DNA of 24,000 bases from Minisyncoccota bacterium. GTDB taxonomy: Bacteria; Patescibacteriota; Minisyncoccia; Phycocordibacterales; UBA9973. Shown in pieces: positions 1-6,519 of the stretch. The notes beneath the pieces were generated by a model, which did not search any database, had not been told where the DNA came from, and saw only the letters and a list, made by a program, of their open reading frames with translations. Location of the stretch: assembly GCA_036171755.1 (NCBI GenBank), contig JAVHRS010000035.1:2882-26881 (forward strand). Reading direction: 5' to 3'. Each line of letters begins with the position of its first letter. Position 1 is the stretch's first letter. The translations under genes and the position numbers were made by a program.

Positions 1-618
1 AATACCAAAATAAATATCATTTTTGGCGTCCCCATTTTTATACCACCACTTCACATTGTTATTTTTTTCAAGATTATTCTCTATAAACCCAATTTCAGTT
101 TCCCATTTATCTACAACATAGACTGGGTTCATAACACACCTTTTGTACTTCTTTTCTTCTGCATTCTTAGGATAATAATCTTCTTTTGATACATTCCACT
201 TAAGATTTTCCTCATAATCCTTTTCAGTTTTTAATCTGCTCTTAGAATATTTTTCTACAGAGCTTTGTATAACTTTAGCAAAGAATGACTGATTTTCTAG
301 TATTATTTTTTGTATATCAATTTTATCTTTGTCATCTTCTTCAAATCCTAAATACTTATTAAATGTTTGATATATCGCTGTAAGTATTGGGCTTATTGAT
401 CTTGCTCTTTGAAAAGGAGAAGTGTAACTTCCTAAGAAATCTTCCACCTTTGTTTTTATTTCATCTAATTCTTTATATCCAAAAACTGTTGTAAGGAGAT
501 TGTTTATCATTAAACGAGTGGCTGATTCATCTAGTTCGGAATATTGTTTACGTAAATATTGTTTGCCGTATGTTTTTAATTTCTTAGCAAACTCTTTTAT
601 TTGATTTTGTGTAGCCAT
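1..618 (-). CDS. Hypothetical protein, first 206 codons (runs off the window); restriction-endonuclease-like signatures
   Basis: Not in the supplied track because it is truncated. I translated the reverse strand and it is open for all 206 codons from the ATG at 618-616: MATQNQIKEFAKKLKTYGKQYLRKQYSELDESATRLMINNLLTTVFGY...YVVDKWETEIGFIENNLEKNNNVKWWYKNGDAKNDIYFGI. The ELDESATR..L and D-x-E...VKWWxKN stretches recall HsdR-N / Res-type PD-(D/E)XK modules. This is from memory and unverified. Confidence 0.6.
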   Translation of the reverse strand, partial: MATQNQIKEFAKKLKTYGKQYLRKQYSELDESATRLMINNLLTTVFGYKELDEIKTKVEDFLGSYTSPFQRARSISPILTAIYQTFNKYLGFEEDDKDKIDIQKIILENQSFFAKVIQSSVEKYSKSRLKTEKDYEENLKWNVSKEDYYPKNAEEKKYKRCVMNPVYVVDKWETEIGFIENNLEKNNNVKWWYKNGDAKNDIYFGI

Positions 619-827
619 AAAATTTGTTACTTTTGCGTTTTAGTAATAAATCCTAGGGTAAGACGCAAAAAGCCCACCACATAGGTAGTGACCGAAGTCA
701 CTCATATCTGTTTCCAGATACGGCACGTAATGCGACCCCATATGATGGGTTCTTTATGCATTACGTGACTAACTTTCACCATGCCTTTATTTCTAAAGGT
801 TTAGGCTACTTAAACTTATTAGGTTGT
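619..827 (-). ncRNA. Structured ~200-nt 5' leader RNA, copy A (unclassified; candidate riboswitch/cis-regulator or ribozyme)
   Basis: About 195 nt (627-820) recur at 6202-6397. Read on the minus strand, the hairpins carry stable tetraloops: CCUUUA-GAAA-UAAAGG, AUCUG-GAAA-CAGAU and GUGAC-UUCG-GUCAC. A 10-bp helix CACGUAAUGC/GCAUUACGUG (plus 724-733/758-767) encloses CCCAU-CAU-AUGGG. Differences between the copies are compensatory. The element lies between a minus-strand promoter (TTGAAT 861-856, TGn-TATTAT 842-834) and the ATG at 618. Confidence 0.8.
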
Positions 828-947
828 AATTAAATAATAACACTTCGACCTTATTATTCAAAGCCCATTGTATCGCAAACCCTTGAAATCATAGAGGAAG
901 TTACAAACAAGTTGCCAACGATTAGGGTTTAGTAGCGTACGTAGCAG

Positions 948-975
948 TTGACAAAAAGTTTGAATATGATATACT
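948..975 (+). promoter_or_regulatory. Sigma70-like promoter of the DGR target gene
   Basis: TTGACA (948-953), a 16-nt spacer, then TG-n-TATACT (967-975, extended -10). It is followed by a leader of roughly 85 nt before the ATG at 1063. Confidence 0.55.
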
Positions 976-1062
976 AAGCACTAGTAAACGATACCCGACC
1001 TCTATCTAACACATGGAACTTGGGTGTCGGGACCCAGTTCTTTAAATCTAAAAAATAAGACA

Positions 1063-1980
1063 ATGACAACAGAAAAGTTGATCACGTCTGCTCAAACAGA
1101 CAAAGTCGCAGATCTTGGCAGAGAAGCTGTAAAGACTGCAGTTGGTAAAGTAAATCCAACAAGTACCAATGTTCAAACTGGGATCATCAGCAATGGTCGT
1201 GAGTTCAAAAACAGAGTTGAAGAAGCTGTAAAAGCTATCATTCTGGAAATGATTACACCCAACCAGTACGCCAATGAGGTGGTAAGCTCAAGCTATGCCT
1301 ACCCGAAGGAATACAAGATGAAACCGATCGAAGAACAGGTAAGATTCATTGCCGAAAAGTTCGGACTTGATCCGACACAAGCATTGGAATTTATCAAAAT
1401 GTTACCCGCATTACCTGAAGGTGCCGAAGGATGGTTCGCCATTCCAAAAGTATTATCAGTTGCAAAAAAACATTTTTCTGCGATTACCAATTCTGCCGAA
1501 CAGTATTGTGAAGCCGTGAAATTAGTTCACAGCAAACTTGCTGAAAGCCGTAGCTTCTACAATTACCGTGAAGGTCAGATTACCACCGCACAGATTCGCC
1601 AACATCCCCGTACCATCAGTTTCCTCGAACAATTGGAATCTGAACAACAGGGTGACATTCTGATTCTCGCCGTTCAATACGGAATGAGACATCGTGGCAA
1701 ATCAGTTCGCCGTGCAAGAGAAACGTTCTCAGGTAATGAATTCGGACTTGGAGCATTCGCTCTTGGCTATATGGCATTGGTTCACCCCGATCGTTATGTT
1801 CGTTGGGAAGAACTTGATACCGATTGTGCAGGTGACGAATTTGCTCCTGGTGCTGATGGCGTGTTCTCGAAGGCTCCGATCTTCTACTTCAGCGATGTCG
1901 AGCTTGAGTTCGACACGGTCGATGTGTCCCGTGCCCGCGGTAGCTATGGTTCTGCCTCGGCGTTCGTTCCGCAGAATTGA
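1063..1980 (+). CDS. DGR target (variable) protein, family not recognised
   Basis: Long ORF. The track starts it at GTG 1024; I prefer the first ATG at 1063 (MTTEKL...), though neither start has a clear RBS. The C-terminal ~46 codons are the VR. I see no signal peptide, TM segment or known VR scaffold motif. The gene is visibly more GC-rich than the flanking DNA. Confidence 0.85.
   Translation: MTTEKLITSAQTDKVADLGREAVKTAVGKVNPTSTNVQTGIISNGREFKNRVEEAVKAIILEMITPNQYANEVVSSSYAYPKEYKMKPIEEQVRFIAEKFGLDPTQALEFIKMLPALPEGAEGWFAIPKVLSVAKKHFSAITNSAEQYCEAVKLVHSKLAESRSFYNYREGQITTAQIRQHPRTISFLEQLESEQQGDILILAVQYGMRHRGKSVRRARETFSGNEFGLGAFALGYMALVHPDRYVRWEELDTDCAGDEFAPGADGVFSKAPIFYFSDVELEFDTVDVSRARGSYGSASAFVPQN
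1840..1977 (+). repeat. DGR variable region (VR)
   Basis: VR 1844-1974 aligns base for base with TR 2349-2479 (offset 505). There are 15 mismatches, and every one falls at a TR adenine: TR 2355, 2390, 2397, 2403, 2405, 2411, 2423, 2424, 2435, 2436, 2441, 2442, 2445, 2448 and 2477. TR AAAA at 2345-2348 versus VR TTTG would add four more if the repeat starts there. Confidence 0.95.
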
Positions 1981-2044
1981 TCCTTGTACTTTGAATTCTT
2001 GAATCTTTTGTTTCCTTGATTCTTGATCTCAAAAATTTTTTTGA

Positions 2045-2076
2045 ATAGGGTTATCCACATGGATGACCCTATTTTT
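2045..2076 (+). terminator. Rho-independent terminator after the target gene
   Basis: 12-bp stem AUAGGGUUAUCC / GGAUGACCCUAU (2045-2056 / 2061-2072) with an ACAU loop, followed by UUUU. It lies ~65 nt after the VR stop codon and could also correspond to the hairpin described downstream of VR in some DGRs. Confidence 0.8.
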
Positions 2077-2344
2077 GCGTTTAATTCAAAAACTGATATA
2101 GTAACTATGAGCCTAGGTTAGTGTATAGTCGTTTACGGATGACTATCACCGAACTCTTTCTCTTATGAGAAATCTCCGACCAGAATTATAGTGATTATGG
2201 TTACTATAAGAGCGTCGCTGTGATAAGGGATACTGCTTACTACTTTTTAAGGCAAGCATGTAAATGTGTTGCCAGATAAAATACAGAATTGTGATTCATG
2301 TGCAATATCATGTTTCGTGATTTGTGATTTGGATAGAAAGTAGT

Positions 2345-2482
2345 AAAACTCCTGATGCTGATGGCGTGTTCTCGAAGGCTCCGATCTTCAACTTCAACGA
2401 TGACAAGCTTAAGTTCGACACGAACGATGTGTCCAATGCCAACGATAACTATGGTTCTGCCTCGGCGTTCGTTCCGAAGTAT
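2345..2482 (+). repeat. DGR template repeat (TR)
   Basis: Invariant copy of the VR. It carries in-frame AAC/AAT codons (six Asn codons) at the positions that differ in VR. The first non-adenine mismatch is at 2480 (T versus A), marking the IMH/IMH*-type boundary. The 85-aa track ORF 2324..2581 is this repeat, not a gene. Confidence 0.95.
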
Positions 2483-2493
2483 CCAATATACAC

Positions 2494-2521
2494 AAAAGGT
2501 ATCCTGTTAGGGATACCTTTT
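2494..2521. terminator. Bidirectional terminator hairpin between TR and the avd 3' end
   Basis: AAAAGGUAUCC / GGAUACCUUUU stem (2494-2504 / 2511-2521). The GC core has U-rich tails on both strands: UUUUGCUUUUAU on plus and UUUUGUGUAUAUU on minus. It ends 5 nt before the avd stop codon (2526-2528). Confidence 0.7.
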
Positions 2522-2525
2522 GCTT

Positions 2526-2873
2526 TTATCGTTCAACCGAACGAATCCATCCACCAAGCATTCTACCGATCTCGTCGGTAATATTTTGAAGCAGAGTGTA
2601 CTTCTTTACATCAAGCGTTTTACTTTCTTTCATTAGTCGAACAAAGAAACGAAAAATGTTTAATTTTACACTGGCTTTTTCAAGTAAAAGTAATTTGCGT
2701 TCTTTTGAAGAATAACTTGCTTCTAAGACATATTCGAGAATATCAATCATTACATTTTCAGATCGTTCATAGATTGAAAATCTTTCATGTTTTGGGACTA
2801 ATGTTCTGTATTCATGAAATGTTTTATATAACTCGTGAATTTTTCTTAGAATTGGCACATCATTTTCATTCAT
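2526..2873 (-). CDS. avd: DGR accessory variability determinant (Avd), four-helix-bundle type
   Basis: 115 aa. ...LNIFRFFVRLMKESK...ITDEIGRMLGGWIRSVER closely parallels the Bordetella phage bAvd C-terminus as I recall it (LRFWLRFL...EVGRILGSWIARV). It sits immediately beside a DGR RT but on the opposite strand. Confidence 0.85.
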   Translation of the reverse strand: MNENDVPILRKIHELYKTFHEYRTLVPKHERFSIYERSENVMIDILEYVLEASYSSKERKLLLLEKASVKLNIFRFFVRLMKESKTLDVKKYTLLQNITDEIGRMLGGWIRSVER

Positions 2874-3929
2874 ATGCGTGTATTTATCAATTTATTTAAT
2901 TCATTAATTCAGCCAGAACACCTATTTTATTCATGGGAGGAATTTAAACGTGACAAAGGTTTAAAGGAAGATATTCTCTTATTTGAGAAAAATCTTGAAA
3001 GTGAAATATTTAAGCTTCACCGAGAACTAAAAGGAGAAGTGTATAAACATAGCGGATATGAAAGTTTCTTTATTTCAGATCCGAAACGAAGACATATCCA
3101 TAAAGCAACAGTTAGAGACCGTGTAGTACATCATGCAATTATGCATACATTGTATCCTCTTTACGACAAAACATTTATTGATAATTCATTTTCTTGTCGT
3201 GTTGGTAAAGGGACCCATAAAGGTGTTCTTGCCCTTAGATCTATGATTGCCAAGGCGAGTAAAAATAATACTCAAACTGTTTACATTCTCAAGTGTGATG
3301 TTGAGAAATTTTTTGATTCAGTTCATCATATTATTTTAATTGATATACTTAGAAAAAGAATTAGGGACAAAAAACTCATGGATTTACTGATAGAAGTAAT
3401 TGAGAGTTTTATAAGTGATCGTTCTACTTTATTTGATCGTGTAGGTTTACCAATTGGAAATCTTACATCTCAACTTTTTGCAAACATATACATGGATAAA
3501 TTTGACCAATATATGAAGCATGAATTGAAAGTAAAATACTATGCTCGTTACACAGATGACTTTGTTATTGTGAGTAAAAATAAAGAATACTTGTCTAACC
3601 TTAAATTAGATATTTCTAAATTCCTTAGTGAGTCACTAAGACTTACTATTCACCCAAAGAAAATTACCATTCGTAAGTATACTCATGGTATTGATTTTCT
3701 AGGACATGTTTCTTTTCCACATCATGTATTGATAAGAAAAAGAACCTTAGAAAGAGCTACAAGAAGAATTAATGAGAAGATTGTTTTGTATAAAGCAGGA
3801 TCTCTTGAGAAAGAGAAACTTGAAGCCACTTTATACTCATATCTTGGAGTCCTTTCTCATGCCAATGCTTATAGATTTTCTGAGAAACTGAAGAATGACT
3901 ATTTTCTTTCGGTTAATAATCCTAATTAA
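2874..3929 (+). CDS. DGR-type reverse transcriptase
   Basis: 351 aa. Contains IGNLTSQLFANIYM (the DGR-diagnostic [LIV]GxxxSQ motif), the catalytic box YTDDFVIV, DFLGH, and N-terminal DPKRRHIHKATVRDRVVHHA. Adjacent to a TR/VR pair and avd. Confidence 0.95.
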   Translation: MRVFINLFNSLIQPEHLFYSWEEFKRDKGLKEDILLFEKNLESEIFKLHRELKGEVYKHSGYESFFISDPKRRHIHKATVRDRVVHHAIMHTLYPLYDKTFIDNSFSCRVGKGTHKGVLALRSMIAKASKNNTQTVYILKCDVEKFFDSVHHIILIDILRKRIRDKKLMDLLIEVIESFISDRSTLFDRVGLPIGNLTSQLFANIYMDKFDQYMKHELKVKYYARYTDDFVIVSKNKEYLSNLKLDISKFLSESLRLTIHPKKITIRKYTHGIDFLGHVSFPHHVLIRKRTLERATRRINEKIVLYKAGSLEKEKLEATLYSYLGVLSHANAYRFSEKLKNDYFLSVNNPN

Positions 3930-3981
3930 AAAAATTCGACTAGGTTTTATAATCAGCTAATTTGATTAAAGCTTTACAGAA

Positions 3982-5073
3982 TTACTGGCATTGAGGGCTT
4001 AATGTACGACTAGGAAATGAAGAAAGTAACGACTCTAAAGAAGTAAAGGATTTTATATATTTTTCATTTAATGACTTCCAACCATCACATGTTTCTGGAT
4101 AATAATATTTAGAAGTTGAATATGATGATGTGTAATACTTTCCAGTTGAGTTGGTGGTGTTTGTAGAAGTAGAAGAGGATGTTGAAGTCGCAGTAACAGC
4201 AGAAGTTGTAGTATTACCATTACATGTATTAGTAGACCATAACCCTAAAAGATTTGCTTGAGCATATTTTTGTGCTGTTTTAAATTCAGATTGATATTTA
4301 TATGGCGAGTTATAAGTATACTCATGTGCATATCCCTGTTCAATCATGTATTTATTATAAAATAGACCATCTTCTCTATATACATATGCTAAAGTACGCC
4401 CGTATTTATCGAGAGTGCCTTGAGTTGAATCACTTTCAATTCTAACTTTTTTCCCTGATAATAATTCTTTTGCTTTATTGGATGCCTCTTTACCAAAACA
4501 TTGAACTGGTTTCCTTGGATCAAGTGTTTCTGGGGTGTCTAATCCGATAAGGCGAAGCGTTATTATTGCTCCGTCTTTATTTATTTTAATAGTATCCCCA
4601 TCAACAACGCTTGAAACCGCATAATATTTATATTGAGAATTAGGCGAAGTTGTAGGTGTTTGTGCAGAAGTCACCGATTTAACTTCTTGTGCATTTTTTA
4701 CTTCTTGTTTAGCGGGTATTATTTCATTATTTATCTGTTGAGCTGGATTTTTTGTTTCTACTTGAACATTTGTATTTTCTAAAACATTATTATTTTGTGG
4801 AGCAGGTATTATTTCTGTTTTCTTTGGAAGAAAAATAGAAGAAACAATTAATAAGACAATTACAGCAACAATTTTTATTGTCCTTGAAAAGGAAAAATTA
4901 AATTTCTTTTGAATAAATTTAGAAATGACAGGAATTGTAATTAGTGAAGCAAGAATCATAAATATTCCACCTAGAATACTTTTTTCTAAAGTACTAAGAC
5001 CAGCTATTAACAACAATATACCTATGATCCAAGATAGAATGTTGATTAGATTTAATTTAATATTTTTATTCAT
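3982..5073 (-). CDS. Membrane-anchored thermonuclease (SNase) family nuclease
   Basis: Two N-terminal TM helices and a low-complexity linker precede the SNase core (VVDGDTIKI...RLIGLDTPET...CFGKEAS...DKYGRTLAYVY...GYAHEY). A Ser/Thr-rich tract and a small Cys-containing C-terminal domain (KYYYPETC...SPQC) follow. Confidence 0.85.
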   Translation of the reverse strand: MNKNIKLNLINILSWIIGILLLIAGLSTLEKSILGGIFMILASLITIPVISKFIQKKFNFSFSRTIKIVAVIVLLIVSSIFLPKKTEIIPAPQNNNVLENTNVQVETKNPAQQINNEIIPAKQEVKNAQEVKSVTSAQTPTTSPNSQYKYYAVSSVVDGDTIKINKDGAIITLRLIGLDTPETLDPRKPVQCFGKEASNKAKELLSGKKVRIESDSTQGTLDKYGRTLAYVYREDGLFYNKYMIEQGYAHEYTYNSPYKYQSEFKTAQKYAQANLLGLWSTNTCNGNTTTSAVTATSTSSSTSTNTTNSTGKYYTSSYSTSKYYYPETCDGWKSLNEKYIKSFTSLESLLSSFPSRTLSPQCQ

Positions 5074-5087
5074 AATTTGTAAATTAC

Positions 5088-5456
5088 TTAAGAAATGATA
5101 TTAATTAAAATAATTAGTCCTATAAAAATGGCTATAGCAATAAGAATCATTTTTCTCTGTTTGATATTTTTTACTTCTGCCTTTTTGTCCTCTGAAACAG
5201 CTTTTTCTATTTCTTCTTTAGACATAACCTCGCTTATTATCTTTTGTGCTCTTGGGGAGTCCATAGGTATTAGACTTGGACTTTTGCACTTAGGACATAT
5301 TTTATGTCTTGATGAGGAACGCCAAATTGAATAGATTAGCCCTGGGATAATAAAACAAAGCCAAAGGATTACTTCTATACAACCATTCCCTCCAATCGCA
5401 CCCTTTGGTTCACCGACATAATTACATTGAGTACAAACTAATATTTTTGATGACAT
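5088..5456 (-). CDS. Small membrane zinc-ribbon protein (LITAF-like arrangement)
   Basis: CTQC, then a hydrophobic stretch VILWLCFIIPGLIYSIW, then HKICPKC. This split zinc ribbon around a membrane-inserted segment resembles LITAF/SIMPLE domains. There is a second TM at the C-terminus. Confidence 0.6.
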   Translation of the reverse strand: MSSKILVCTQCNYVGEPKGAIGGNGCIEVILWLCFIIPGLIYSIWRSSSRHKICPKCKSPSLIPMDSPRAQKIISEVMSKEEIEKAVSEDKKAEVKNIKQRKMILIAIAIFIGLIILINIIS

Positions 5457-5480
5457 ATTTAAAAAATTAATTAATAATAT

Positions 5481-6194
5481 TTATTCATATAAAACAGTTA
5501 AAATGCCAGTACCAGAGAAATCACCTTGGTTTGGGGTATGGATTGTTATTACAGATTTTCCATATTTGTAATCTATGTTAGGATTAACATTTATTTTTTC
5601 CTCTGGAATTCGTATCTTTGGATAAATACCGCCAAAAATAATTTGGTCTGAGTTGAAATGCTGAGTGTAAACAAGTTTATCATTCTTTGACATTGAATTA
5701 CTGCCAGCGTATAACTTCACATCAGCTGTAATTAACATTTTTTCTGTTGCGTCACTAGTTATAATATCTCCATTTTTATCTAAATAAACTACTTCAAGAA
5801 CAGGTCCATCATTCTCGACATCAGCATCCCAATTATCTTGTAGTCCTCCACTAACTCGTATGGCAGATAGTCCATCTATCTGTAAAGTTTTATTAGATGA
5901 TATTGGTGTTGTTGGGACAACTTGAGTATTTGCGACCACTGGTACAGTTTTTGGAGTGGTAACTATTTTATTTTGAACCACTGTATCTTTTTGTATTACG
6001 TTAGTTTCTGCTACCGCAACAGGACTACTTACTGTTGATTCGACAATTGGAATCTCATCTTGTATTGGAATTTGAGCAATAGGTTCTTTTTTGTTTGAGA
6101 ATTTAGAACCAACAAATAGACCAATAACAAGTATTGCAACTATAACAACGATCTTACCTGTCATAGTTTCCATAAATTGTTTTACATCTTTCAT
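5481..6194 (-). CDS. Signal-anchored secreted/surface protein, unknown function
   Basis: 237 aa with an N-terminal hydrophobic anchor IVVIVAILVIGLFVG. The rest is not recognised. It is the first gene after leader RNA copy B and is tightly packed with the two downstream genes. Confidence 0.7.
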   Translation of the reverse strand: MKDVKQFMETMTGKIVVIVAILVIGLFVGSKFSNKKEPIAQIPIQDEIPIVESTVSSPVAVAETNVIQKDTVVQNKIVTTPKTVPVVANTQVVPTTPISSNKTLQIDGLSAIRVSGGLQDNWDADVENDGPVLEVVYLDKNGDIITSDATEKMLITADVKLYAGSNSMSKNDKLVYTQHFNSDQIIFGGIYPKIRIPEEKINVNPNIDYKYGKSVITIHTPNQGDFSGTGILTVLYE

Positions 6195-6403
6195 ATTAGA
6201 TTTACTTTTGCGTTTTTAGTGATAAAACCTAGTGATAAGACACAAAAAGCCCACCACATAGGTAGAGACCGAAGTCTCTCATATCAGTTTCCCGATACGG
6301 CATATCACGCGACCCCATATGATGGGTTCTTTATGCGTGATATGACTAACTTTCACCATGCCTTTATTTCTAAAGGTTTAGGCTACTTAAACTATTAACT
6401 TGT
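6195..6403 (-). ncRNA. Structured ~200-nt 5' leader RNA, copy B
   Basis: 6202-6397 is the second copy of 627-820. Helix changes relative to copy A are compensated: CAUAUCACGC/GCGUGAUAUG, GAGAC-UUCG-GUCUC and AUCGG-GAAA-CUGAU. It starts ~7 nt downstream of a perfect minus-strand TATAAT (6415-6410) and ends at the ATG at 6194. Confidence 0.8.
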
Positions 6404-6409
6404 AAAGAA

Positions 6410-6415
6410 ATTATA
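6410..6415 (-). promoter_or_regulatory. -10 box (TATAAT) driving leader copy B and the nuclease operon
   Basis: Perfect TATAAT on the minus strand, placed just before the point where similarity between the two leader copies begins. The -35 is weak or unclear. Confidence 0.45.
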
Positions 6416-6519
6416 CCTTATTTTTTAAGGTTGCACCATATTAGCTCACATTTAAATATTTGTGTAGTCGAGTTATCAACTAGAAGAAATAAGACTATAA
6501 AAATAGTGCAGTATTTACA

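Noticed and set aside
619-827. Identifying the leader as a T-box or another known riboswitch
   Set aside because: There is no T-box AGGGUGGNACCGCG-type sequence or specifier architecture. I could not find core signatures of the riboswitch classes I can recall. It is left unclassified rather than force-fitted.
1024-1062. GTG start extension of the DGR target gene
   Set aside because: There is no supporting RBS, and the first ATG at 1063 gives a normal N-terminus. The start remains uncertain.
1694-2002. 102-aa alternative-frame ORF inside the target gene, and the many antisense or alternate-frame track ORFs within longer genes (1299..1490, 2705..2899, 5095..5334, 6674..6982, 6937..7122, 7795..8025, 8337..8588, 9686..9916, 12504..12716, 13005..13451 set, 15659..16000, 16679..16909, 18655..18840, 20134..20370, 20440..20673, 20950..21240, 21374..21628, 22355..22540, 23697..23975)
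   Set aside because: Each is nested in or antisense to a longer ORF with recognisable protein motifs. Their products are low-complexity or hydrophobic, typical of AT-rich shadow ORFs.
2324-2581. 85-aa plus-strand ORF from the track
   Set aside because: It is the DGR template repeat read in the VR frame and then running into the terminator hairpin. It has a TTG/GTG-type start context with no promoter or RBS logic. It is better explained as TR-RNA.
627-6397. The two ~195-nt repeats as ends of a transposon, MITE or composite element
   Set aside because: They are direct rather than inverted. Each sits exactly between a promoter and a start codon. There is no transposase between them and no target-site duplication. 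Their divergence pattern is RNA-structure-preserving.
6177-6398. 73-aa plus-strand ORF overlapping leader copy B, plus the similar reading frame across 640-830
   Set aside because: The apparent peptide conservation is a by-product of nucleotide conservation. Substitutions between the copies are paired helix changes, and tetraloops and wobbles indicate an RNA on the opposite (minus) strand.
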